DNA of 64,000 bases, taken from the NCBI RefSeq assembly GCF_006345805.1, contig NC_043004.1, positions 77,314,001-77,378,000 of the forward strand, given 5' to 3'. This DNA comes from Octopus sinensis (taxonomy: Eukaryota). The notes under the pieces are model-generated. The model saw only the letters and a list, made by a program, of their open reading frames with translations, searched no databases and was not told the origin of the DNA. Both the position numbers and the translations under genes were made by a program. Shown here one piece after another: positions 38,669-51,791 of the stretch. Position 1 is the stretch's first letter. The number at the start of each line of letters is the position of its first letter.

Positions 38669-39592
38669 CTTTCTGAGTTTTATTTATTCAATATTTCTGT
38701 CAAATATTTGCCATGTGCCTCATAAATCTATCTGTTGGGTTTTTTTGGTATAAAGCGTTTAAATGTTTCCCTACTAAATAAAGGGAACACCTTATACCTA
38801 TTCTAATTAACAATGAGGAAACCTCTAAAGGACTGTTCAACTGTAAGAAACAATAGCTTCATTTCCCTCAATTCACACTTTAGTGTCAATAAAAATTAAG
38901 GACCCAATACAGATTATGTTTGAACGACAAAGACCTGCCAGAAATAATAGTCAGTTCTCCCTTAAATCACGCACAACTGTTTTTAAACAAGGAAATGTAC
39001 ACTAGACAATGAATATCCCTAAAAGACGGAATGGTTTCGGCTTGAATGTCTTTGATCATAACTTAGCTTGGTAAGGGTTAATCCGGGTGCAAACAAATAA
39101 CAAACAAAAAAAACTAGTCTCTCGTTACCTTTCCAAAGTATTTCTTGACTAATTTTGAGAGTGCATAGTATAAACTATCTATCTATCTCTGTTTATTTTC
39201 CTCTCTCTCTAGTCATCTATCTCTTTCGATATCGTCTTTACACTTTCAATTTCCTTCAAGTTTTTTACCGAATATTACTCCTTCCACTTCTTTCTCCCTC
39301 TCTTTCCCTCTTTATTTCTTTCTTTATCTCTCTCCTTTTCACCAGTCCCGTGGTTTTTTGTTTTGTCATTTTTGGATTTTTTGGGGGTTTTTTCGGTTTT
39401 TTTTTTTGGTGGGGGAGGTTTATCTGTTCATATCTACAATAAGCGAGTTGTAACTCAAACATAAACACGAACCTGGAGGTGCTAATTTCGACCCGTGTCT
39501 CCCGACTCGCTACTACACCTAATTTCTTTTTCCTTTTCTTTTTCTTTTTTCTTTTTCTTTCTTTTTTTCTTTTTTTCGCTATAGTTTTTATC

Positions 39593-39692
39593 NNNNNNNN
39601 NNNNNNNNNNNNNNNNNNNNNNNNNNNNNNNNNNNNNNNNNNNNNNNNNNNNNNNNNNNNNNNNNNNNNNNNNNNNNNNNNNNNNNNNNNNN
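39593..39692. other. Assembly gap (100 N)
   Basis: Run of 100 N; true length unknown. Confidence 1.
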
Positions 39693-40425
39693 ACCCTCGC
39701 CACCAACACTGCACTAATAACTACCACCGCTACCACCACAACCACTAGCACCACCAACCGCCCCCTCCCTCATCAACCTCGCCGCCTTCGCCACCATCAA
39801 CCTGATCACCACCATCAACCTGATCTCCACCACCACCACCATCATCATCACAATCTCCATCATAACTGCCGCCACCAACACCACTACCTTACAATATACT
39901 CAACCACCACTACCGCCCAGTCCAACCTTACATCGCTTGTCCTCATAACTTCCTCAGCTTCGGTAGGGACCACTTCAAACGACCCCTTCATTCACAAACC
40001 ATTCATTGAAGTGGTCAGGTAGACAGTTGTTGGCAAGCCTCTCTCACTATTATTGTAAGCCTTTCTACCACCCCCGTTTCAGTCTGTGGGGCAGTTCTGT
40101 TCCACCCAGCATTACCACCACGTCGTTCGGGCTCCGAGCACGAGTGTGTATGCGCGCGCGCTTGGTGTGTGTGTGTGTGTGTGTGTGCGTGCATGTGTGT
40201 GTGTGTGTTTGTGTGCGTGCGTGCGTGCGTGCGTATGCGTGCGTGCGTGCGTATGCGTGCGTGCATGCGCGTGGGTCTGTTCGTATGCGTGTGTGAATCG
40301 GGGAGAAGTGACTAAGTCTGCATGGAGTAATCTTTTCAACCGCCATCTGTCCTTTGCAATCTGTTCCATACAAACGTTCACCGATCAACTGGCTACGCAC
40401 ACATGCAGACATACACACATTCACA

Positions 40426-40476
<51 letters not shown>

Positions 40477-41555
40477 ACACACACACATATGTGCATAGAT
40501 TTATATAGATATATATACATACACATGCACATGTACACATATATATATGTATGTATGTATGCATGTATGTGCATGCAAAAATCTCTACAACACGTATTGA
40601 GTACGTTTCTTCCTTTCGTTCATTCAAATATATGTGTGAACAGAAGGCAATAACACTCACAAGAGTTCAAAAGAGTACATTTCAACTCGTCAAAGAGAAG
40701 AATAGCTTATATAAACGTGCTCAACGAAATATTTAAAAAAAACATTAATTATCTGGGGCTACGACACTAGTCTAATCGGGACGCACCAATTACTGATACA
40801 CTACATAGAGAAAATAAGTACGAGTATCTCAGTTTTTTTCTGGACCAATCCCATCTTATGTCTCCTTGACTCATCCTTTCTCACGTTGAACTTTATTAAT
40901 TTCTCATGTTCTGAAAGCTCCGTCATCATTATAGTTCGTAAGTCAGACTCTTATCTTTTTATTCGCCACGCTAGCTCTTTCTCTCCATCTCTATCTTGCA
41001 ACCTGCTCTTATTAGCTATCCCTCGTTATTTATCCCTCTCTTTATCTTCCTTCTTGTCCCTCTCTCGTGTTTTCTCTCATCTAATACTAAGACGAAAAGT
41101 AATATATTTATTCCTCCATTCACGCTAGCTTCGGGTCGTATATTTTTGCCAAAAGACAATATTCGTACTTGCCATGGCACAGTATCACATGTATCAGTTT
41201 GCCCTTAATTTTCCGTCTCTCTCGTGCATATTCTAGGTTTGTTTGTCTTTCTAAAGTTCACTACCTCAGTGTTGTTTTACCATCACTGGCATATCTAGAG
41301 GAGTAATTTCATGGGATTAAGCCTCAAGACTTACGCGCACCGAAATGTTGGATTCTGGCCCCTTGGCTGTCCAGAATTGTTCCATGTCTCATTTATTTCC
41401 TGTTAATCATTTCCTAGTTCTTCCTACTTTATTTTCTCGCTCTCTTTCTCCCCCCTCTCTCTCTCTTTGCCTCTCTCTCTCTCTTTCTCTTTCTCTCCTT
41501 CTCTAACTCTGTATGTATATGTGCATGTATACGTGTGAGGGAGCTAGAATATATA

Positions 41556-41593
<38 letters not shown>

Positions 41594-41996
41594 TATATAT
41601 AGATATATATATATATATATATATATATACATTTATAACTTCAAGAAAGTTAGGGGTTGTGGGTTCAACCCACTAAGGGATAATATCTATCCAATATACC
41701 GTTGGTATAATACCCAATTATTAATACACAACTGTTTTTATTGCATTGCAATTAACTTACCTGGTGTATTGAATGGGTGGAGGTAAAGAGATATTTTACC
41801 ATTAATTTATATTGCAAATAAGAAAATGGAGAAGCACAATAGTTGGTTCATCAACTTTAGGACATTAAAATGTTAACTTATTTATTTATTAAAATGATAA
41901 TTATAATAACATACATACATATAGCATATTATTCTATGCATATAAAATAAAAATACAAGTAATTATTTTTAAAAAAACATGAATATGAATTATTGA

Positions 41997-42126
41997 AATA
42001 ACTTACAGTTGTTTCAGCCCATAGATAAAAGCATCTCATTCTGCCCATATTAGTCAAGTGTATTGAGGTAATAGACAGTTGAAAATGAGGTCCTTGTATA
42101 TATCTGTAGGCCTCGTCGGAGATTAT
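41997..42126 (-). ncRNA. Hammerhead motif, CCGACGA core
   Basis: ATAATCT-CCGACGA-GGCCTACAGATA...TATCTATGGGCT-GAAAC-AACT-GTA-AGTTAT. Confidence 0.65.
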
Positions 42127-42174
42127 AAAGTACAATCATTATAAATAAAATATAAAACAAAGTACAACACTTTG

Positions 42175-42264
<90 letters not shown>

Positions 42265-42776
42265 ATATACATACATATATCGTTATAGATAATTTATTAT
42301 ATACATACACATCCATATCCATGAGTACATATATAATATTCATTTATTACTAATATTATTATTAATATTAGATTACGTGTATTCTGCTCATCACAATACA
42401 TAGTATATGAAATATAAAATATAGAATATAGTATAATATATAAACAGATGTTTATGACAGATGTACGCATATTAATTTTACAATCAATATCAGTATATCA
42501 AAATATCATACAGTTAATATCGTTATTTCAATATTATTCTGCATACATATATATATGGGTAACAGACACATGTACATGTATACATACACATACGCACAAA
42601 TATACACAAATACATATATAATTTTTTCCATTTCATCATACTAAAATATACACACGTATTTTATTTTTAGGTGTAATAAAGTTCACAGACTAAGAGAGAA
42701 GCTTTGTCGGCTTTCTTTCCGTTATGTATTTGTGTATATTCGTGCGTGTGTGTATGTGTGTGTATGATTGTACCTT

Positions 42777-42906
42777 ATAATCTCTGACGAGGCCTACAGA
42801 TATATACAAGGACCTCATTTTCAACTGCCTATTACCTCAATACACTTGACTAATATGGGCAGAATGAGATGCTTTTATCTATGGGCTGAAACAGCTGTAA
42901 GTTATT
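42777..42906 (+). ncRNA. Hammerhead motif, canonical CTGACGA core
   Basis: ATAATCT-CTGACGA-GGCCTACAGATA...TATCTATGGGCT-GAAAC-AGCT-GTA-AGTTAT. Confidence 0.75.
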
Positions 42907-43103
42907 TTAATAATTTATATTCATGTTCTTTTTTAATAATTACTTGTATTTTTATTTTACATGCATAGAATTATATGCTATATGTATGTTATTATAATTA
43001 TCATTTTAATAAATAAATAAGTTAACATTTTAATGTCTTAAAGTTGATGAACCAACTATGTACTTCTCCATTTTCTTATTTGCAATATATATATATAATA
43101 TAT

Positions 43104-43199
<96 letters not shown>

Positions 43200-43205
43200 A
43201 TATAT

Positions 43206-43236
<31 letters not shown>

Positions 43237-43713
43237 AGAAGATGTTATATGTATATATATTATTCACTGCTACACAAGTATATATGCGCATGAACTTCTG
43301 CAGATATACTGTGTAGCTTGCATATACGTGTGTATGCGTGTGCATGTGTGTACTATAACATATGTGTGTATGTGTGTGCGTGTGTGAGAGAGGAAAAGAG
43401 GAGGAGAGCGAACTACACACACACACACATACATACATACACGTACTGAAAGGTACTTAGGGTAAGAAGAGACATACGCATATGTTCACAAAGATACGGT
43501 TCATTTATAAAATAGTAAGAAATATTTTTTAATTCTTTCAATAGATTGGTTATATTACAAAAAATTTACATGAATTTCTGCATAGATATTCAACACATTT
43601 AGAGCAATTTGTGCAAGCTATATTCATGGATACACAAATACTTATCCGAATATACACATGTATATACGAAGCATGCAGGCATGTATCTGTGTATATATAT
43701 GTGTATATGTATA

Positions 43714-43757
<44 letters not shown>

Positions 43758-43925
43758 TATAAGAGAGAGAGAGAGGAGAGAGGAGAGAGAGAAAATTGTA
43801 AAAAGTGAAAAAAAACTACAGAAGGCTGTTTTTTTAAACGGTTAAAAAATAATATTTGAGTCATTATGTCTGAAGAATGTTATAAATTTTTTTCATACAA
43901 TGACTATATATTATATATATATTAT

Positions 43926-45817
43926 ATATAGAAAATAGTAAAGTGTGAAAAAACGACAGAAGGCTTAAATGTTAAAAAATATATATATTTGTGTCAAAAT
44001 GTCTGGAGAATATTGGAAAAATTTTTTTTCCTTCCTTAAAATGACATAATTTTAAAATTTTTAAAGAAATTACCGGTTTCGCGTGTAGCTTTTCAAATTT
44101 CTTGTGACGTTATGTTTATATTGCATGGAGTTATCGTTGTGTTTATTAACAGGAGATTTCTAAATAAGGGGAGAGTAGTGAGTGATTCTTCCGGTGTAAA
44201 GGAGATAATCGCTTTAAAATTTTTTTTCCCTTTTCCTTGTTAATTTCTCTGTGTCAGTATGTTCGGATGGTTGAGTCTGGGTTTGTACTTTTCAATGAAG
44301 AATGTTTCCTTGTTCAGTCTCATTGTGTTGATGATCCGAAAGCACATTGGTAAAATGGGAGATTAAAAATTGTGGCATATTTGCTTTGCGCATTTCTCAA
44401 TGTGCTCACTAAAAGGTATCATTCTATATTCTGGGAATGCAATCTGTTGTCGATGCAGTGTGCATCTACGCCTGAGTGATAGTCTCGTTGAACCCACGTA
44501 GTCTTGGTGGCAGCCCGAGCATTTAATAACATAAATTATGTTTTCAGAGGCACAAGTAAAGTTAGATTTGATCTTGAATTTCTGTCCCTCTTTAAAGAAG
44601 AATTCTGATCCTTCCAATAGGTTAGGACATGTTGCACAGTTCGATCTACCACATTTTTTTACTTTTGCATCCGTAATTTTAGAAGACAATTTTGCCTTTG
44701 TGAGAATCTTTTTAAGTGATTTAGGCTGTTTGTAGCTTTTAATGATTTGGTGTATGTTTAGAATTTCCTTTAATTTTGGGTTTTTATGAAGTATTGGTAA
44801 ATTCTGGGTGATGATGGTGAAGGCTTCTTGTTTTGGGGTTGTATGTAGATATGTAAGGTAGTATTTTCGGGGAAGGTGTGTTGTTGTGTTGAACTTTTCT
44901 TAAAGTTTCTATGTTGATTTCTGTTGCACGTCTGATCCCATCCTCTATGAGTTGAGCTGGGTAATGTCTATCAATTAGGGTGTTTTGAGTTCTTGCAGTC
45001 TAAAGTTCCTGGTATTTTGTTCTGACACTATTGTGCATATCCTTCTTGCAAGGTTGAAGGGGATGTTTGTTTTAGTGTGTCTTGGGTGGCATGAATTAAA
45101 AAGAAGGTATTGTTTGGCGTCTGTGGCTTTGTAAAAAATGTCTGTTTCTATTTTAAGGTTAATTTTTTAATTAGTATATCCAAGAACGGGAGCTCCTTTT
45201 GGTTGTATTCCATTGTGAACTGTATATTTGGGTTTGCTGTTCAATAGGTTTTTAAATTTTAGGAGTTTATCTATGTTTTCATTCCAGAGAATGAAACAAT
45301 CGTCTAGGAATCGTTTCCAATTCTCTTTTATGTATTGAGAGAGGGAGTTTCCAAAGATTGATAGAGATTCCTGGTAAATGATTATTTCCATGTATCCCAT
45401 GTGTTAAGTTCGCAATGACTGGTGTGCTGCCCTTGTACCCATAGCAATTCCGGATTTTTGACGGTAAAATGTATTGTCAAACATGAAGTGGTTATTGTGT
45501 AGGATGGAATTCAATTGATTTAGTAATGAATTCCTTACTGATCCTTTTTGGTATTTCTTCCGGAAATTGGTCTAACCGAACTGTATTGCCTCCAGTCCAT
45601 AATTATGAGGTATACTGGTATACAAGTTGACTACATCAAATGAAACTAGGATTGTTTCTTCCTTGGTTTTTTTTGGAAGGTGGTTTAACATATCTAAGTC
45701 ATCTCTGATATGGCTATCGATATGTTTAAGGAAGGGTTTCAGGAGGATGTCCATAAGTAGACTTAGTCTGTGTGTTTCACAGGTTGGGCCAGCTACAATG
45801 GGTCGTAGTTTTAGGTA
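43926..45817 (-). mobile_element. Penelope-like element, Neptune-type, 5'-truncated (RT, GIY-YIG, pLTR)
   Basis: KLRPIVAGPT, LVSFDVVNLYTSIP, GIAMGT, WKRFLDDCFILW; linker CGRSNCATC; IIYVIKCSGCHQDYVGST; frameshifts present. Confidence 0.92.
44064..44103 (-). ncRNA. Minimal hammerhead, TTGAAAA (C3U/G8A) core
   Basis: AAGAAAT-TTGAAAA-GC TACAC GC-GAAAC-CG-GTA-ATTTCTT. Confidence 0.75.
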
Positions 45818-45824
45818 CGTAGTT

Positions 45825-46762
45825 TTACATATCTACATACAACCCCAGAAACAAAGAAGCCTTCACCATCATCACCCAGAATTTACCAATACTTCATAAA
45901 AACCCAAAATTAAAGGAAATTCTAAACATACACCAAATCATTAAAAGCTACAAACAGCCTAAATCACTTAAAAAGATTCTCACAAAGGCAAAATTGTCTT
46001 CTAAAATTACGGATGCAAAAGTAAAAAAATGTGGTAGATCGAACTGTGCAACATGTCCTAACCTATTGGAAGGATCAGATTCTTCTTAAAGAGGGACAGA
46101 AATTCAAGATCAAATCTAACTTTACTTGTGCCTCTGAAAACATAATTTATGTTATTAAATGCTCGGGCTGCCACCAAGACTACGTGGGTTCAACGGGACT
46201 AACACTCAGGCGTAGATGCACACTGCATCGACAACAGATTGCATTCCCAGAATATAGAATGATACCTTTTAGTGAGCACATTGAGAAATGCGCAAAGCAA
46301 ATATTGCCACAATTTTTAATCTTCCCATTTTACCAATGTGCTTTCGGATCATCAACACAAATGAGACTGAACAAGGAAACATTCTTCATTGAAAAGTACA
46401 AACCCAGACTCAACCATCCGAACATACTGACACAGAGAAATTAACAAGGAAAAGGGGAAAAAACAATTTTTAAGCGATTATCTCCCTTACACGGCGGAAG
46501 AAATCACTCACTACCTCCCCTTATTTAGAAATCTCCTGTTAATAAACACAACGATAACTCCATGCAATATAAACATAACGTCACAAGAAATTTGAAAAGC
46601 TACACGCGAAACCGGTAATTTCTTTAAAAATTTTAAAATTATGTCATTTTAAGGAAAGGAAAAAAATTTTTCCAATATTCTCCAGACATTTTGACACAAA
46701 TATATATATTTTTAACATTTAAGCCTTCTGTCGTTTTTTCACACTTTACTATTTTCTTATAT
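45825..46762 (+). mobile_element. Inverted duplicate of the 3' ~0.93 kb of the same Neptune-type element
   Basis: Reverse complement of 43926-44856 with few differences; EN ORF 46031..46444 ends KYKPRLNHPNILTQRN*. Confidence 0.92.
46585..46624 (+). ncRNA. Minimal hammerhead, TTGAAAA (C3U/G8A) core, second copy
   Basis: Identical to 44064-44103; 7-bp stem I, palindromic ACCGGT stem III. Confidence 0.75.
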
Positions 46763-46829
46763 ATTCACACCACGTGCTTTACCAAAAAACTTTCTTATCT
46801 ATATATATATATATTTATATATATATTTC

Positions 46830-47055
46830 TTTACTACCCACAAGGAGCTAAACACAGGGGGGACAAACAAGGACAGACAAACGGATTAAGTCGATTACAT
46901 CGACCCCAGTGCGTAACTGGTACTTAATTTATCGACCCAGAAAGGATGAAAGACAAAGTCGACCTCGGCGGAATTTGAAATCGGAACGTAACGACAGATG
47001 AAATACGGCTACGCATTTCGCCCGGCGCGCTAACGTTTCTGCCAGCTCAACGCCT
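46830..47055 (-). mobile_element. SINE family A
   Basis: Reverse complement of the 2263-2538 family. Confidence 0.9.
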
Positions 47056-47066
47056 ATATTTATAAT

Positions 47067-47106
<40 letters not shown>

Positions 47107-47112
47107 TATATA

Positions 47113-47204
<92 letters not shown>

Positions 47205-47268
47205 ATTATATATATATATATATATTCATATATATATATATACATTACATATGTATATATATACATAT

Positions 47269-47322
<54 letters not shown>

Positions 47323-47346
47323 CATACATACTTATTATATGCATAC

Positions 47347-47582
47347 GTGGAGGCGCAATGGCTCAGTCGTTAGGTCGTAGAATCGCGGTTTCGATTCCCA
47401 GACCGGGCGTTGTGAGTGTTTATTGAGTGAAAACACCTAAAGTTCCACTAGGCTCTCTTTCTTCTGTTGGCCTGCTCGCTTAGCCAGCGAGGTGGCGTCA
47501 TTTAAAGGTGAAAACAATGCGAAGCGCATTGTGAACAGCGATGTGTAGCAACATCTGATAACCTGGTCGGTCACGGTGATAT
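47347..47582 (+). mobile_element. tRNA-derived SINE family C (head GTGGAGGCGCAATGGC), tail variant 2
   Basis: GGTTTCGATTCCC B-box; tail matches 27088-27203. Confidence 0.88.
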
Positions 47583-47991
47583 ATGCATACACTCATACAC
47601 ACATACATACACACTTATATATTGCATATATAGGTAGATATATATGTGTTTATATATGTATATATATATAAATATGCATATATATATGTGTGTGTATGTA
47701 TATATAGAGAGAGAGATAGATAGATAATTATATAGATATAATTATAATTAAGGGTACTAAGAAGCAGCACCAACGTGGTAGAAATAGACATCAAACGACT
47801 CTAAAACCACATCAAGCACATGTTGAAAGCCAGCTAATGAATAAAAAAAGATTTAGCAAATCTCTTTAGAGGTTAATTCTAGATCGAATAGAACAATTAT
47901 TTTGCCTTCGTCAGTAGAATATACCAAAATAGTACATAAATGCAATATATATCATACCCATACAAATATATACATGCATATACGTGTGTGT

Positions 47992-48057
<66 letters not shown>

Positions 48058-48059
48058 CA

Positions 48060-48282
48060 TATCTGTAAATATAATATGTGACAATTATTCGGGAGCCATG
48101 ATAAAACTCGAGTTTCGGATGGCGGGGCGGAAACCTACGCCGGCTTCTCTTCAGTTATCGGGCCATTTTTTTCGATGGCCCGATAAATGAAAAGATGTCG
48201 GCGTAGGTTTCCGCCCCGACATCCGAAACTCGGAGTTTTATCATGGCTCCCGAATAATTGTCACATATTATATTTACAGATA
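48060..48282. mobile_element. 223-bp near-perfect palindromic element made of two diverging hammerhead arms
   Basis: TATCTGTAAATATAATATGTGAC...GTCACATATTATATTTACAGATA; arms about 105 bp, loop about 8 nt; hammerhead motifs at 48100-48159 (-) and 48182-48242 (+). Confidence 0.85.
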
Positions 48283-49547
48283 AATTCCTCTATTTACATA
48301 ATATCGAGGTCTTTTTTATTCTTTTGTTGTCTTACCATTTCTATCATGACTATTGAAAAGGTTGCAAGACGCAACGAAAATTTTAGGAAAATAAAAATTA
48401 AATTAAGTGGAAATTTTACCGGTAAGTGTGTTAAATTATAAGGCACAAAAAGAGAATGACTCTCCCCAGACACAGGGGAAATGAGTTTTCCACCTCGAAT
48501 GTTGCTCAGCTTCAATCCATGTATAACTGAAAGCATTATTTTGTGATTTAGTCGAATGAGAAAGAACAGTACCAATAATATTTATGACTGTTTTCAAGGT
48601 CTCTGGAACGAGTACGAGGAATGGGGAAAGCTCCTCTCGGGTTGGAATGTTGTCTTTTATGTTTGCAATAGAGCAAACTTCGCTAAAGTTAATACATTGC
48701 AGTATATGGAATTGTAACTACGTCATATGGACCAAAACAAATTGCAACAGGTTACGAAAAGTTAAAAAATCATTGACAACCGACTGCAGTCAGCATCACT
48801 CCAGACAATAGTCATCTCAGCTTCAAGCTTCACCACTTGCAGCTATATATATGACGCTAAAGGTACAGTCAGACTTATGACTATATTTGGAAACAGTGTT
48901 TACTTTTCATAACTTTACTACACAAATGAACATGTCTCTCTATATTTAGGGGATTATGTCTTTGTTTGGATGTCAACTTATATTTCAATGTAATCTATTG
49001 TATTATTTTTGCATTTACTATTGTATTGTACGTGTATTATGTGTAGATGTGCCATGTACTTTTTATTCTTTTATAATGCATAATGAAAATGAAATAGAAC
49101 AGGCTTGAAAAGAATGTCTAAATGCTTTAGAGAAATGCCTTTCTTCAACAAAAGTTCACTTATTTTCCCTTTTCATTATCAGAACAAAAACGAAAACGTC
49201 CTTCAATGAAAAATGAAAAAAATGTTTTTCGATTTGGCGAAAGAACCTCACACGAAATATCATCTATATCTTCCTCGCTGTTTAAAAAGGGAAACACGTT
49301 CGGTCGTCGATCTACTCGATTTGTTTTGATCTGAGCCCAAATAACGAGAGTAAACATGCTTCACTTAAATTTCAGAATTAGTTGGAAGTGTTTATAAGGA
49401 TAGTGTAACTACTCTGATGGTAGACAGTCTAACAATCTCCTTCACCTTAACTAGTCACTTGTCTTTTTGTTTTGTATTTTTTTTTGGGGGGGGGGGGGTC
49501 TCTGTTCTTTAAAGTAAGTAACTTTTTATTTCGTTATTAAGGTAACT

Positions 49548-49830
49548 CAAGGCAGTGAGCTGACAGAAACGGTAAAACGTCGGACAAAATGCTTAGCGGC
49601 ATTTCAACCGTCTTTACGTTCTGAGTTCAAATTCCGCCAAGGCCGACTTTGCCTTTCAGTCTTTCGAGGTCGATATAAGTTCCAGTTGCGTACTGAGATC
49701 GATCTAATCGGCTAGCTCCATCCCCAAAAATTTTGGGCCTTGTGCCTTGAGTAGAAAAGGATATAATAAGTACCAGATATAATCGACTTTTCCTTCGAAA
49801 TTGCTGGTCTTGAGCCAAAATTTAAAATCA
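49548..49830 (+). mobile_element. SINE family A with duplicated tail
   Basis: GAGTTCAAATTCCGCC...GACTTTGCCTTTC. Confidence 0.85.
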
Positions 49831-49936
49831 ATATTAAGGCTACTAATAATAATTGCTGCTTAGTTTTATTATTAGGGACTGAGCAGAGGTGCAAGTTAGC
49901 AGACTCTTTTCTCGTGAGTTCGTTTTCTGGATTATA

Positions 49937-51182
49937 GGGGAGACCGGGTCTAGCTGTTACATTTTTCTTTTCTTTTTTTTTTTTTTTTTGCCTTGGCACC
50001 CACATAAATGAACACAGCCGAAGTTTCTTTTCAGATTTAATTAGTAAACCATCTCTATTTATTGTTATCACCAGCAGAAAACAGAAATTAAATAACATTA
50101 ATTAGACAGGTTCTAATTAATGAGGCGTTGTGAGCTGTAACAATTTCCCCCGAGTGCAGGGTGCGTTGTGACACTTACTGGGATACTTTGTTACAACTGT
50201 CGATAACTCGGGATTATGTTAACAAACAAGTTTAAAATAAATACGTCTCCTGCTTCTTGCATCTAGGAAGTATTATTTTAATTAATTAACTGTGCTTTGA
50301 ATCACCTCATATCCTAACTGTAACACTGAGAGTCCTCATCAGCCAATTTCCTCATTGTTACATGTGCCATCTAGTCAGAATCGCCCTCCATTAACTTCTC
50401 ACCACACAAATCACACAGAAAGTTCATGCATTGCACCCATTCTTCACCTGAAAGGGATTATGAATACCAATCTGAACAGACAAGGCATTTCCAGTCGACG
50501 ACTTGCTTGCTGCGAGGCTGCTTCCCTTTGCCTTTACCTATTTTAGCTGACTTTCCCTTCCCTTTTGGTGCCTTTTATGTGCAAGTTGCCTTCTTTTGTT
50601 TGGATTTCCGTTCGTCTATTTCATCCACTATGCGCTGCTTTACGGTAACATCCCGTAATGATTTCTTTTCATCCACAACTTTTCTGGTGGCTCTTTCCAT
50701 GACATCGGAAGGGATATCCCCCCTTGTAGTCTTCCTTTCGTAATTTCTAAGTATGGCATGTTAAACTGAAATAGAAGGGGTAAGTTGTTACATGCCTGGG
50801 GTAAGTTGATACACTGTAACAATTAGCCCCGACCATGGATTTCTGGAGATTACCTCGTACACAGCACTAGCAATGCATGGCATCCAGGACACACCTTCAT
50901 ATATCGAAGGCAACTTCCGACACTTCCTAATGAGCCACAAATTACTTCAGTAACACAACTTGTGCTTTAGTAGTTAAGAAAATACCTTTGTGACAAAATT
51001 TCACTTTTGAAGTAAAAAAATCGTTTCCTGGTGACAGCCCGCCAGTGAAATACGCATGTGCAGTCGTGATGCTATGGAGGTGGCCTTCATGAGGTAGAGA
51101 CCCGAGTACCACTTATTTCTTGAAATTGGAAACAATGGGCTTGTAACAACTTACTCGTGTAACAACTAGACCCTGTCTCCCC
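49937..51182 (-). mobile_element. Non-autonomous pogo-like element (HTH-psq start joined to PHD-like C-terminus, no DDE)
   Basis: TA-flanked TIRs GGGGAGACCGGGTCTAGCTGTTACA / TGTAACAACTAGACCCTGTCTCCCC; RNYERKTTRGDIPSDVMERATRKVVDEKKSLRDV then WKCLVCSDWYS..GEEWVQC..CDLC. Confidence 0.8.
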
Positions 51183-51791
51183 TATTTTGTGTTGAGCTCT
51201 TGAACATGTTTCATAATTTTATATATGATGTTTAAAAACAACTAATTCGTAATTATTGTTAATAACTAGCAGTTGGCTCTCTTAGCGCAGAGGAAAGACC
51301 TTCAAGTCTGTCCAATGTAATTTTATTTTATCACGTGTGTTGGAATTGAACTCACTGATCTGCATTTGACACAACGTCCCCATGCACTTGTCCACGACTC
51401 TACGGGAAGTGGATGGAGGAATATTAAGTAATATACCAAAACTTCGCCGCGTAGTTGTATCTTATTTCTTCTATATGCTTCGTAAAGAAATCATTATGGG
51501 TTACGGGTTGTAGCGAACTCAATACAGGAAAACTTTCAATGATCAATATCCGAAAGTTGGTTTCGTTTCCCCGTGTAGCTATCTACTTCACGCCTTAAAT
51601 ACTCTAAAAGAAGCATTACTATCATGTCTTATATTTGTTCTCTAATAAATGCGAGTGATAGTCAGATTTAAAAGTTGTCAAAACATTTACTTTTTACCGA
51701 GTGAATTGACAGTAGTGCGAGAGTATTAGCAGAAGGGTCAGTTGCTTGACTCCTTGCACCAACACTGACCACTGTACATACACTTAGTAGT

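Larger units (their letters stand above)
41808..43088. mobile_element. Inverted pair of about 330-bp hammerhead-bearing units (Penelope pLTR-like)
   Basis: 41808-42140 is the reverse complement of 42764-43088 at roughly 90-95% identity, about 620 bp apart. Confidence 0.85.

Noticed and set aside
39265-39757. ORFs spanning the N run
   Set aside because: Artefacts of the assembly gap and low-complexity flanks
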